Program-made: the position numbers and the translations under genes
Part shown: in pieces, positions 20,714 through 29,755 of the stretch
Numbering within the stretch: the stretch's first letter is position 1
How the letters are laid out: each line of letters begins with the position of its first letter
Origin: Alloprevotella sp.
GTDB taxonomy: Bacteria; Actinomycetota; Coriobacteriia; Coriobacteriales; Eggerthellaceae
Length of the DNA stretch: 64,000 bases
Assembly (NCBI GenBank): GCA_963588035.1
Contig: CAVAFY010000006.1
Span: 1,975-65,974 of the forward strand
Direction: 5' to 3'
Notes under the pieces: generated by a model
What the model was told of the DNA's origin: nothing
What the model saw: the letters and a program-made list of their open reading frames with translations, nothing else
The model's database searches: none

Positions 20714-20755
20714 CAGAAAACAGCAAAGGCACCCCCGCCTTTCGGCAGGGGCGCC
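20714..20755 (-). terminator. rho-independent terminator after efeB
   Basis: Minus strand reads GGCGCCCCTGCC-GAAA-GGCGGGGGTGCC. That is a 12-bp stem including 2 G-U pairs with a GAAA loop, followed by TTTGCTGTTTTCTG. Confidence 0.75.
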
Positions 20756-20772
20756 CGGCGTAGATCCGAACC

Positions 20773-22128
20773 CTATTCGAAGAATTCCTGGCCCAGGTAG
20801 GTACCCGTGGCCGGCGCATGCGGGACCGCATACACGCCGCGGTAATCGTCGTAATAGTACTCGTTCAGGCGGTCGTAGCGGCCCATGTCGTCGCGAAGCA
20901 GCCAGTAGTGATACGGGTCGTTCACGTAGACGCAGTTCAGGAAGCCCGCGTTCTGGTCGCCGTGGTCGTTCAGGCCCGTCCAGTAGTTGTAACTGCGGCG
21001 GTGCACCTTGAAGCCCAGGCGCTGGTCGCTGGTGATGGCCGCGTGGCTGTTCGGGTCGATGAGCAGGTTGCCGTTCGCATCGCGCGCGGTGAAGTCGGGG
21101 ATGTCGAACTCGTCGCCGTCGGGGTTGGAAAGCGGGGCGCCGGTGTCCTTGCGGCGGCCGATGAGCTGCTCCTGGTCGGAGATGCGGTCGGATTCCCACG
21201 TCTCAACGTCGGCGATGGTGCGGCCGTGGCACATGAACGAGCCGTTCTTCAGCCATTCCTGCTTGGTCTTCTTGACCCATACGAACTCCTCGTACTCCTG
21301 ATCTTCGGTGGGGTTCGTGGTGCCGTCGCGGAAGCCGAACAGGTCGCGCGGGGTGGGCTGGTTGTCGGACTGGCGAATGGGCAGGAAGCCCTCCTGCTGG
21401 AACACGATGCTCGCCTTGCCGCGGGCGATGCGGGCCAGCGAGTGCACGGCATGGAAGATGACCTGGCGGTCGTCGGCGCAGATCTGCATGCCGATGTCCG
21501 AACCGGTCTTGTCGGTTACCAAGCGCTCGCCGGTGATGCGGTCCCACTCCTTGAAGTACTCGAAGTCGGGCGCGAAGGACTGCAGGCCGAAGCGGTCGTC
21601 GAACAGCGTGGGGCCGAAGCCGACCGTGATGGTGAGCGAGCACGGGTCCAAGTCGGCGCATTCGCCCATGTCCTTCGGCACGGAAGAGGTGCTGAAGTCG
21701 GGGCGGATCTGACCCAAGGGCTTGCCGGTCTGCAGAACGGCAATGGTGGCCGTCCAACGGGCGAGCAGCAGCTGCAGGTCCTGCTTGGTGGTGCCCGATT
21801 TCATGTTGAACATCACGAACACGCAGTAGCGCTGGGATGCGTCCTTGATGCCGCTGGGGTAATCAAGGTCGTAGAACTGCTGGGCTTTGTTCAACTCGAT
21901 GCGCGTGTAGGCCGCGCCGTTGGGGTTGCTGTCGTTGAAGGCGTTTTCCTTCACCGCATGGGTGACGCCCGAGCCAACCAGCGCGCCGCCCACAACACCG
22001 GCGGCTACGCCGCCGATAAGCTGACGACGGCTGAACTGGCGGCCCTGGCGCTCGGCCTTGGCTGCCGCAGCGCTTTTCTCCTCGCTGTCGCCGACGAGCT
22101 CTACACCTTCGTTCTTCTCTTCTGCCAT
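20773..22128 (-). CDS. efeB: Tat-exported Dyp-type peroxidase, EfeB-like
   Basis: Twin-arginine signal is FSRRQLIGGVAAG. Length and gene context (downstream of efeU-efeO) fit EfeB. AAGGAAAGAGG lies upstream of the ATG. Confidence 0.85.
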   Translation of the reverse strand: MAEEKNEGVELVGDSEEKSAAAAKAERQGRQFSRRQLIGGVAAGVVGGALVGSGVTHAVKENAFNDSNPNGAAYTRIELNKAQQFYDLDYPSGIKDASQRYCVFVMFNMKSGTTKQDLQLLLARWTATIAVLQTGKPLGQIRPDFSTSSVPKDMGECADLDPCSLTITVGFGPTLFDDRFGLQSFAPDFEYFKEWDRITGERLVTDKTGSDIGMQICADDRQVIFHAVHSLARIARGKASIVFQQEGFLPIRQSDNQPTPRDLFGFRDGTTNPTEDQEYEEFVWVKKTKQEWLKNGSFMCHGRTIADVETWESDRISDQEQLIGRRKDTGAPLSNPDGDEFDIPDFTARDANGNLLIDPNSHAAITSDQRLGFKVHRRSYNYWTGLNDHGDQNAGFLNCVYVNDPYHYWLLRDDMGRYDRLNEYYYDDYRGVYAVPHAPATGTYLGQEFFE

Positions 22129-22283
22129 TCGTGGCCTCTTTCCTTGGATACGGCAGCGCGCTGTTAACGCAACTGCAACACTTCCCTCTAAACACAGGGG
22201 AGAGTGTCGCGGATCACGGCACTCTTCCCCTTTTGCGAAACCCTTACATGGGCCGCGCAGATATGCTTTTCAGCGCCATCGCC

Positions 22284-23531
22284 TTAAGCGGTTGCAACCT
22301 TCTCTGCCAGCTTTGCGAGGTCGTCATGAAGGGCCATGATGCCGTTGGAAAGCTTCTCGGCATCGGACTTCTTCAGCTCGTCGGTGTAGGCTACGTAGCC
22401 GCCCAGGGCAGACTCATCGCGGTAGCTGTCCAGCATGTCGGAGACGGACTTGAACTCCTCGTCGATGCGCTTCACCAGGTCCTCGTCGACCTTCAGCAGG
22501 CCGTCGCGCAGGTTTGCGTATGCCTGCTGGGCACCCTCGACGTTGGAACGGAAGTCGGAGAGGTCGAGGTGGCTGTACTTGTCTTCCTCACCGGTGATCT
22601 TGGTGGTGGAGACTTCCTCGAGCAGGTCGGCAGCGCCGTTTGCCAGGTCCTCGGGGCGCAGGTCGTCTGCGAAGGAGGGCAGAACCTGCTGGTTCAGGAT
22701 CTTGCAGTTCTCGGCGAGCTCTGCGGCGTACTGCTTGGTGGTGTCGGTGATTGCACCGTTCTGCCACAGGTCACGCTCAACCGCGTGGAAGCCGTGCCAA
22801 CCGGCGGCCTCGTCCAGATTGGACTCGCGCATGTCGATGAGGTAGTCCAGGAAGTAGTTGTTGTCGGCCTCCTGGCCCTCGGGGATGGTGTAGCCGGGCA
22901 TGAGGAAGTTGTCTACAGCAGACTCAGCATGCTCGTAGAAGGGGCGGGCGGCAGCCCAAGCCTTCTTGGCAGCCTCGATGTCACCGGAATCAACGGCGGT
23001 CTTCAGCGCTGCGGTGGCATCTTCCAGGTACTGGCCCTGGCTCTTGATGTACTCAGCGTAAGAGGCAACGCCCTGCTTCATGATCTCCTGAGCGGAGCCT
23101 TCGGGGGCAGCGGCGGCTTCGCCGGTTACCTTGAAGTCGAGGTAGGAGTTGTCTGCGCCGGGAGCGTAGAGCTTGTAGTCACCACCGTTCAGGGTAACGG
23201 TGAAGCTGACGGTGTTCAGGCCGGGGGCGAGGTTCTCCTTCTCGCCGACGATCTTCTGGTTGTACAGAAGCTCGAACTCGGTGATGCCGGCGGCGGACTC
23301 GTTGGTTACGTTGAAGGTAACCGGGCCGGCCTCGACCTCGGTGGTGTCGACTTCCTGGGAGTTGCCCTTCAGGGTTACGTTTACCTGGGTTACGCCGTCA
23401 GAGCTCTTGTTGGCCGTCGACTTGGTGTCGTTGCTGCCGGAGCAGCCGGTAAGGCCCGCACCCAAGGCGAGTGCGAGGATGCCAGCGAAAGCACCGGTTA
23501 GGAGCTTGCGGGCAGATGCCGTCATTTCCAT
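22284..23531 (-). CDS. efeO: iron uptake lipoprotein EfeO (cupredoxin-like N-domain plus imelysin/M75-like domain)
   Basis: Lipobox is LTGCSG. The N-domain reads VTLKGNSQEVDTTEVEAGPVTFNVTN. A helical C-domain follows. GGAGGAAG precedes the ATGs at 23531 and 23525. The track ORF starts at 23564. Confidence 0.8.
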   Translation of the reverse strand: MEMTASARKLLTGAFAGILALALGAGLTGCSGSNDTKSTANKSSDGVTQVNVTLKGNSQEVDTTEVEAGPVTFNVTNESAAGITEFELLYNQKIVGEKENLAPGLNTVSFTVTLNGGDYKLYAPGADNSYLDFKVTGEAAAAPEGSAQEIMKQGVASYAEYIKSQGQYLEDATAALKTAVDSGDIEAAKKAWAAARPFYEHAESAVDNFLMPGYTIPEGQEADNNYFLDYLIDMRESNLDEAAGWHGFHAVERDLWQNGAITDTTKQYAAELAENCKILNQQVLPSFADDLRPEDLANGAADLLEEVSTTKITGEEDKYSHLDLSDFRSNVEGAQQAYANLRDGLLKVDEDLVKRIDEEFKSVSDMLDSYRDESALGGYVAYTDELKKSDAEKLSNGIMALHDDLAKLAEKVATA

Positions 23532-23682
23532 TCTTCCTCCATTCTGACGGGGAGTTCCCGTCATGTTCTCGGCGGAGACGTTCCGCCTCTTCCCCGGCGC
23601 GTGCCGGGCTTGTTACCTTTGTCCAAAAGCCTGCGGTGCCTTATTGCCGCAGGTCAGTGAAACCTTTGTTGCGGTGGCTGCG

Positions 23683-25248
23683 CTATGCGGCCGCCTCTTG
23701 CTGCGCGAGCTTCTTCTTGTGCGAGCGGGCTTGCCACCACCCGTAGATCAGCAGGCCGGTGGCCGTTGCGGTAAGGACGACAGGCCACCAGAGCCACCAG
23801 AGCTTGGCCTCCTCGGCGTCAAGCTGAGCCTTCTGCACGGCGCTCTCGGAAGCGGAGACCTCGTCGTCGGAGATCGCCCAGCTGCCGGAAACCGCGCCGG
23901 AGACGCTGACGGTCTTGGTGCCGGAGATACCGCCGCCGGTAAGGGTGGCGATGAGCTTGGTGTCGCAGCTGGCGCGAAGCAGCGAGGATGCGCCGGCGGT
24001 TCGCGCGCTGTAGGTGGCCGTCTCGGACCACTTCACGCTGAAGGGGCCAGGGGTGCGCTCGGTATTCAAGCCACTGGGGACGCGCCCGTTGTTCAGGTTG
24101 CGAAGCTCGTTGAGCGTGATGGTGGAAGGAAGCGAGGCATCGGGTTCGATGTTCTTCGAGCCTTCCCACTGGGTCAGCGGCACGCCGTCGAGTTCGCCCT
24201 CGGACACTTTCGTAAGGTCGATGGTCTGGGTGCCGGTTTCGTCTTGGTAGCTGATCTGCGCAGCGTCGGAGCTGGCGGAAACCAGGGTTACCTCGGTCGT
24301 TGCGCTGCTGCCCTGCACCGGATGGGTGGCGCCTGCAACGTCGGTGTTGCCGCGCGGGCACAGCAGCGCCATGCCGATGGCGACCGCGATGCAGATTCCC
24401 GCGCAGATGCGGCGCGTGCGCTGGCGCTTCTCGAAGCCGAACGCGTACTTGCTGGGCCAGCAGTAGATGATCATGACGGGGATGAGGTAGGCGAGCCACG
24501 CCATGACCTCGATTAGGCGCGGGTCGGCCTGGATGCTGAACATGCCGGTGAGCAGGGCGCCCACCACGGAATCGTTCTGGATGAGCCAGGAAAGGTCGAG
24601 CACCTGCTGCTGGCCGATGTTCACCCAGCCCGCCTCGTGTGCCGTGCGGAAGCAGTTGGCAACGAAGCCGGCGGCCACCAGGATAAGGAAGGGGCCGGTT
24701 ACCTTGAAGAAAGTGCCCAGGTTGAAGCGGGCGCCGCCGTAGTAGATGAGCCAGCCCACCACCACCGCAACGGCCACGCCGATAACGGCGCCGACGATAC
24801 CTAGCCATTCGCTTCCGGCAGTGGAAGCCTGGAACACCGCCAACAGGAACACGGCGGTCTCGAAGCCTTCCTTGATGATGGCCAGGAACGCCATGCCGGC
24901 CATGGCCATCTCGCCGCCTGCGGAAAGGGAGCTAGCGGCGGAGCTTTCCAGCTCGGCCTTCATGTTGCGGGCGTTGGTGTTCATCCACAGGATCATGGTG
25001 GTGACGAACACCACGGCAACGATGCCGATGATGGTCTCCAGCGCTTCCTGCTGGGCCTGCGGCAACGCCGTGCTGAACATGTTGAGGCCCACCGCAACCG
25101 CGATGGAGAGCAGCACGGCGGCGATGGTGGCGATGATGAGCGGACGCAGGGAAGAGCCGTTGCGCTTCAGGAACGCGGCAAGGATGCCAACGATGAGCGA
25201 GGCCTCCAGGCCTTCGCGCAAGCCGATCAAGAATGCCGCCAGGAACAA
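23683..25248 (-). CDS. efeU: FTR1/EfeU-family iron permease with a roughly 230-aa extracytoplasmic C-terminal extension and terminal TM anchor
   Basis: Two REGxE motifs are present (LREGLEASLIVG and IKEGFETAVFL). The likely start is TTG at 25248, giving MFLAAFLIGLREGLE, with GGAGG 5 nt upstream. The track start is TTG at 25260. Confidence 0.8.
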   Translation of the reverse strand: MFLAAFLIGLREGLEASLIVGILAAFLKRNGSSLRPLIIATIAAVLLSIAVAVGLNMFSTALPQAQQEALETIIGIVAVVFVTTMILWMNTNARNMKAELESSAASSLSAGGEMAMAGMAFLAIIKEGFETAVFLLAVFQASTAGSEWLGIVGAVIGVAVAVVVGWLIYYGGARFNLGTFFKVTGPFLILVAAGFVANCFRTAHEAGWVNIGQQQVLDLSWLIQNDSVVGALLTGMFSIQADPRLIEVMAWLAYLIPVMIIYCWPSKYAFGFEKRQRTRRICAGICIAVAIGMALLCPRGNTDVAGATHPVQGSSATTEVTLVSASSDAAQISYQDETGTQTIDLTKVSEGELDGVPLTQWEGSKNIEPDASLPSTITLNELRNLNNGRVPSGLNTERTPGPFSVKWSETATYSARTAGASSLLRASCDTKLIATLTGGGISGTKTVSVSGAVSGSWAISDDEVSASESAVQKAQLDAEEAKLWWLWWPVVLTATATGLLIYGWWQARSHKKKLAQQEAAA

Positions 25249-25408
25249 CGTGCCCTCCAAAAGTAAACTATAGGTAACATTTAAGCGGGTTCACGATACC
25301 CCCAGAGTTAGCCGCAGTCAACAAAAAGTTTGCGTTGGTTAACTAGCGGAGGCGATGGGCTGCCGGGCCGTTTCTTCGATTGGCGCACGAAACCAACCCA
25401 CTTTGGCG

Positions 25409-25414
25409 TATAAT
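25409..25414 (+). promoter_or_regulatory. candidate -10 box TATAAT, 10 nt upstream of tRNA-Gly
   Basis: Sequence is ggcgTATAATcctttcccatGCGGG. No good -35 at 17-bp spacing. Confidence 0.35.
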
Positions 25415-25424
25415 CCTTTCCCAT

Positions 25425-25499
25425 GCGGGTGTCGCCAAGTGGTAAGGCACGAGCTTCCCAAGCTCGCATTCGCGGGTTCGAGTCCCGTCACCCGCTCCA
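25425..25499 (+). tRNA. tRNA-Gly, anticodon CCC, with encoded CCA
   Basis: Folded by hand. Acceptor GCGGGTG pairs with CACCCGC. D arm is GCC..GGC. Anticodon stem CGAGC/GCTCG carries loop TTCCCAA. T arm is GCGGG-TTCGAGT-CCCGT. Discriminator is T, followed by CCA. Confidence 0.9.
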
Positions 25500-25508
25500 G
25501 ACTGTATT

Positions 25509-25535
25509 GCGCCGTCCTGCCGGACGGCGCTTTTT
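25509..25535 (+). terminator. rho-independent terminator after tRNA-Gly
   Basis: Hairpin GCGCCGTCC-tgcc-GGACGGCGC followed by TTTTT. Confidence 0.8.
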
Positions 25536-25770
25536 CGTATGAGGCGTAATGACGCTGCGCGAAGACCTGGCGGCACGAGAGGCCTTCAATCGTTCGTCGC
25601 GGCCCTTAGGCCAGCGACTCGCTCTTTCAGGTCTCTCGCACTCGCCAGATCACCGCTCGCTGTTTTACTACGCCAACCTAGGACTTAGGTAAAGCTTTCT
25701 GTAGACTTAGACATTGCTCGTTTTGTTTTCAGCAAGAAATAGGGGCTCGAACCGATGAGGTGAAAATCCG

Positions 25771-25797
25771 TTAAGAAAACGTGCCAGTGGCACGTTT
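25771..25797 (-). terminator. rho-independent terminator after the AlbA_2-family gene
   Basis: Minus strand reads AAACGTGCC-act-GGCACGTTT followed by TCTTAA. A second small hairpin, GTGGGA-atttg-TCCCAC, lies at 25798-25814. Confidence 0.6.
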
Positions 25798-25832
25798 GTG
25801 GGAATTTGTCCCACAGGCGCTTGCGCCAAGGC

Positions 25833-27506
25833 TCATTCAACTATGTGCCATTCAGCGGCAGAGGTGCTTCCGGCGTTCGTTATGCGACCAGCCTTGCGCA
25901 GGCTCTGGAGCAGATAGCTCACATGGTCGCCCTTCTGCTTAGTCGTCAGGTCTGCAGGCAATGCGTGATCTAGCCCTGCAATGATTTCTGCTCTTGAGCA
26001 GGGACGTACTCGCAAAAGCTCCAGGATCAACTCCTTGAAGACACTGTTGTCCACCCCTTTGCTCCTCACGTACTCGCCATGGGCACCGGTGGCTGCGGCC
26101 ACTTCAGCCGAAACCGTCAATTTGGGATAGCGACCCCTCACAAGCCCCTGCTCGTGCAGTAGTCGAGACTGCTCCTTGGTTATTGGTAGCCCCTTTTGAA
26201 CCAAATCGAGCAGCAGCACCGTCACCAGATCAAGGGAACGGTTCCGCGCGAGGAGTCTCGAGTAGTTCTCGTTCAACACCGTGCCGTACAAGGTCACGGC
26301 CACGCGCCCAGCTTCGGAGAGGTCATAGGTAGGCATCGGCAGCAGCCGATTGCGCTGGATATCAAACACATTGCGGATGCCTATAGCATTCCTGTCCATC
26401 ATGCCCGTCTTGCTCATGGCCTTCGAAAGCAATGGATTGCGGTAATAAGGTGGCTTGTAGCCGCTGGCAAGCGCGTTTTCAATGGTCTCGGGAATGAAGG
26501 CGCCCTCATTTTTGAATACAAGCCTGTTCTCGTACTCCAAGACGTTGATCTTGCCCGACATCCTAAAGTCCTGATGCGCGATGGCGTTATGAAGAAGCTC
26601 TCTGATAACCTCTGGGCTATAGCGGTGCGCCTCTGTGGGGAACAGGGTCTCCTCGTGGTCGAAGAACCTATACTTCTCATTCCTAATCTTTCCTAGAACG
26701 CGATCAACTTGCAGGATGAACGGCGGCTCAAAGTGTTCGTAGGCCATGGTAGACCCGTCGCTCGCATAAAGAGTCCACGTGATGCGGGGTTCGATGCCAC
26801 CTAGGAATACACTCGATTCCGGCCTACCCAGAAGAACAAGCGCCGCGTTGCTCACGTGCCCATGGATAACAAGCGCCATCTTGCTAAGAATGGACTCCTC
26901 GTCAAGGCTCCGAGCAGCGGGCTGACTTCCTCCGAACTTTTCAACAAACTTGGCACATGCAAAGCTGACGGCTTCCGGATCAAGGTCGTCGAGATTCGCC
27001 TCGTAGGCGATCTGGCGCGACCAGTCCGGCCGACTTTGCCCATAGATAGCATCGAGCTTGAACTTGGGCATTTCGACAAGTGATTCGTTCTCACGGGACC
27101 AAGGGATTCCGTGCCAGGTCGTCGGCGTGGCAAAGCTGCCAGCCGGAATTTGGAAAGCGATGATGCGCCTGCCGTCCGCCTCGAACTCGTAGATCTCCTC
27201 GAAGGTCATCCCATTGTTCGTGTATTGGGCGATTTCATGCTTTAGACGCCGTAGGCCGACGCTAGGCATCTGAGATTCTTTGCGATAAGCAGTTCCCTTT
27301 ATCTGACGATCGTCCGAGACACCGAAGAAGAGCCAACCACACTCCGCGTTGCGCAGGTTGGCTTCGTTGCTGAGAGCAGAGAAGTACTTGCCTATGTCCT
27401 CGAAGTCGTAGTTCTGCTTCGCGGCCTTGTATTCGACGACCTCCGTCTCAACGTCCGCAATGACGCGCCGAAGCAAGGAGGGCATCTCGCTCAGTTTCCG
27501 TATCAT
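25833..27506 (-). CDS. Schlafen/AlbA_2-type (divergent AAA) DNA-binding domain protein with HATPase_c_4-like domain and C-terminal wHTH-like region
   Basis: N-terminal segment is VVEYKAAKQNYDFEDIGKYFSALSNEANLRNAECGWLFFGVSDD. Middle segment is VIRELLHNAIAHQDFRMSGKINVLEY. The gene is visibly lower in GC than its neighbours. Confidence 0.75.
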   Translation of the reverse strand: MIRKLSEMPSLLRRVIADVETEVVEYKAAKQNYDFEDIGKYFSALSNEANLRNAECGWLFFGVSDDRQIKGTAYRKESQMPSVGLRRLKHEIAQYTNNGMTFEEIYEFEADGRRIIAFQIPAGSFATPTTWHGIPWSRENESLVEMPKFKLDAIYGQSRPDWSRQIAYEANLDDLDPEAVSFACAKFVEKFGGSQPAARSLDEESILSKMALVIHGHVSNAALVLLGRPESSVFLGGIEPRITWTLYASDGSTMAYEHFEPPFILQVDRVLGKIRNEKYRFFDHEETLFPTEAHRYSPEVIRELLHNAIAHQDFRMSGKINVLEYENRLVFKNEGAFIPETIENALASGYKPPYYRNPLLSKAMSKTGMMDRNAIGIRNVFDIQRNRLLPMPTYDLSEAGRVAVTLYGTVLNENYSRLLARNRSLDLVTVLLLDLVQKGLPITKEQSRLLHEQGLVRGRYPKLTVSAEVAAATGAHGEYVRSKGVDNSVFKELILELLRVRPCSRAEIIAGLDHALPADLTTKQKGDHVSYLLQSLRKAGRITNAGSTSAAEWHIVE

Positions 27507-27515
27507 GAAGTTCCC

Positions 27516-27747
27516 AACTAATGTAATTCCATCCCCAAACTAATGTAATTATATGCTTTGTTGCATTAGTTCCCTGCTCTTGAAGATATAAAACCCCTCG
27601 GTCATCCACGCTCCGGCACATGTAATCATCCGAACTTTCCATTAGTTCATACAGGCTAATCATCAGCGCAAACAGCAATCGTCTCATCTTCAACTAATGT
27701 AATTTCACCTGTAACTCCGCGTTCCGCACATGGAATTACATTAGTTT
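27516..27747. repeat. array of a 13-bp motif AACTAATGTAATT in the promoter region of the AlbA_2-family gene
   Basis: Direct copies lie at 27516-27528, 27538-27550 and 27692-27704. An inverted copy lies at 27735-27747. CATTAGTT half-sites lie at 27564-27571 and 27640-27647. Confidence 0.85.
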
Positions 27748-27775
27748 GCAGAGGGCTTATCGTCTGTTGCGGGAG

Positions 27776-29455
27776 CTAGCTCTTCTCCATTAGGGAGACG
27801 GTGAAGTAGGTTCGCTCGTAGGGGCGGTAGAAGGTGCGCGAGTCGAGCATGTCTATGCCGTCCTGGGCCAGCAGGTACTCCACTTCCTTCGTCTCTTCGG
27901 TCGAGCGCGCTTGGCTCAGCACCACGAACGCGCCCGAGTACCCCGGCAGGATGCTGTTCCACGAGTCCACCACGCTCAAGGTCGGCGCATAGGCGCTGTA
28001 CGCAAGGCCCCAATTGCCTACCTGCCAATTCAGGTACGACTGCTTGATGTCGGGATAGGTGACCGCAGTAACTCCCTCGAAGCCGATGTCGGTGGAAAGC
28101 ACCGGTATCTGCCCGTCTATGCCCGTGCCCTGGTTTTCGGCGACGGTTTCCGCGAACCACTCCAGCGAATTCTGGTTTTCCTCGCTGTAGGCATCCTGGA
28201 TGAACATCAGCTGGCTCACCACCGACGTGCCAATCAGCGCGACGACCAGCCCATACAGCACGCTGCGTCGGGGGATGCTGACCAAAAGGACCGAAGCCGC
28301 CAGGATAAGCGGCCCGAGCGCCACGGACAGGTAGCGCGTCTGCACGATGAGGATGTCGAGCGCCGCCGAGGCGATCACCCCGAAGCCCAGCACGCACAGG
28401 TAGAAGAGCGCGCCCACGAATGCGGCGAGCGCGCCGTCCCTCTCAAACAGCCAGGCCTTGAAGCGACCGAACGCGCTGGGGGAAGGAGTATGGCCCGCAG
28501 CTGGGGTGCCCGCGGCAGCCCTTCGCAAGGTGCGGAACAGCCCCGCCGCACCTACCGCGGCAGCCGCCAGCGCAACGATTCCGCAAACATACAGGGCCGT
28601 CACGTACTGCCAGCCCGACTGATCGGCGAAGATGATCTGGCTGGTGTACACCGGATAGAACGCCCACTCCACGAATATGCGCGGGAAGGTGGCGTCCGAC
28701 CAGTAGGTCCCCGAGGAGACGACCCCCACCTGGCACGCCAAGACCATCAACCAGGGAGCGTACAGCACAAGCTGCACCGCCGCCTGGACGAAGAACACCG
28801 CAAGGCCTTTCGCCGGCGAGGGCGAAGCAGCCTTTCGCGAAGCCGAGGGGCCTTTCGAGCCGGAGCGTTTCGCAAGCACCTGTTTCACGCAGAACACCAG
28901 CAGGAACAGGTTGAGGAAGAAGGCGGAAAGCACGCCATAGTAGTGCAGGTAGGCCGACATCAGGCTGGCAACGAAGAAGACGATCCACCAACGGCACGGC
29001 ACGCCGGCCCATTTGCGCATCCGCTCCAACCGGGGGTCGCAGCCTATGCGCACCCACCAGCCGTCAGGCCCTGCAGCACCCTGCGCGCGCATAGCGCAGG
29101 CGATGCGCCATGCCATGAAAGCGCACAGCGCAACGGAAAACGAAGCCCACGAGTACATGCGGATCTCCACCGCCATGAAGGCCATGTAGGGCAGGAACAG
29201 CGAAAGCGCGCTGAAGGCCAAGCCTACGCGCCAGCCGAAATCGCGGCGCACCACGAACAGCCCCAGCAAGGAAAGCGCCAACGTGCCGGCCGTCGAGAAC
29301 AGACGGTACACCAGCACGTTCTGCCCGAAAACCAGGTTCAGCGCATGCAGGCACCAGTAGAACAGCACCGGGTGCACGTCGCCCGATCCGATGCGCCAAA
29401 TCTCTTGGAAGGAATGGTTGGCGATGGCCACCGAATAGCTCTCATCGAACCACAC
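27776..29455 (-). CDS. GT-C fold membrane glycosyltransferase (GT39/PMT_2/ArnT-like); the true 5' end probably lies further upstream (to about 29572)
   Basis: WFDESYS (DE loop motif) and DVHPVLFYW are present, with many hydrophobic segments. The track start is GTG at 29455. An in-frame upstream helix lacks a canonical start codon (see findings). Confidence 0.75.
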   Translation of the reverse strand: MWFDESYSVAIANHSFQEIWRIGSGDVHPVLFYWCLHALNLVFGQNVLVYRLFSTAGTLALSLLGLFVVRRDFGWRVGLAFSALSLFLPYMAFMAVEIRMYSWASFSVALCAFMAWRIACAMRAQGAAGPDGWWVRIGCDPRLERMRKWAGVPCRWWIVFFVASLMSAYLHYYGVLSAFFLNLFLLVFCVKQVLAKRSGSKGPSASRKAASPSPAKGLAVFFVQAAVQLVLYAPWLMVLACQVGVVSSGTYWSDATFPRIFVEWAFYPVYTSQIIFADQSGWQYVTALYVCGIVALAAAAVGAAGLFRTLRRAAAGTPAAGHTPSPSAFGRFKAWLFERDGALAAFVGALFYLCVLGFGVIASAALDILIVQTRYLSVALGPLILAASVLLVSIPRRSVLYGLVVALIGTSVVSQLMFIQDAYSEENQNSLEWFAETVAENQGTGIDGQIPVLSTDIGFEGVTAVTYPDIKQSYLNWQVGNWGLAYSAYAPTLSVVDSWNSILPGYSGAFVVLSQARSTEETKEVEYLLAQDGIDMLDSRTFYRPYERTYFTVSLMEKS

Positions 29456-29755
29456 GTTCCCGTGGAACGCGCCGGTCAGGATGAACGCGAAACCGATCAG
29501 GACAACCAGGCAATGGAATGCCTTCGACCTGGGAAAGGGCGCGCGAGTAGCAGTGTTGGTGCAGGTGGTCAGCTTCGTTCATCTCCTTGTGCGGCAAAAC
29601 GAAGCCATGGTCCAAAGCGCCCCGTTGCAGGGATGACATTACCCCTCGAACGCCGTGGGCCGCCCGGCGAAGAAAGCTTTTAAGGCAATCGTTGCCGATC
29701 CGACACCTAGCGGCGGGAGCGTCACGTACACTGAAGGGGAGAGAATCGAGGGATC

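Noticed and set aside
22197-22234. Imperfect hairpin GGGGAGAGTG..CACTCTTCCCC followed by TTTT between efeO and efeB
   Set aside because: The U tract is on the plus strand, where there is no gene. On the efe strand it is followed only by TGTGTTT and the stem has a bulge. It is at most a weak attenuator and was not annotated.
27448-27693. 81-aa minus-strand ORF in the AlbA_2 promoter region, considered as a possible small toxin or antitoxin gene
   Set aside because: It overlaps the AlbA_2 gene start out of frame. The 13-bp motif copies fall in different frames within it, which argues for DNA-level rather than coding repeats.
25560-27775. Looked for a direct repeat of the tRNA-Gly 3' end (att site), an integrase or a recombinase to define a mobile island
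   Set aside because: None was seen. The islet call rests only on composition and position, so I did not annotate a mobile element.
28881-28896. Weak parS-like sequences at 28881-28896, 36584-36599 (both 13/16) and 53462-53477 (13/16)
   Set aside because: Three mismatches, including core positions of the palindrome, make these unlikely to bind ParB specifically.
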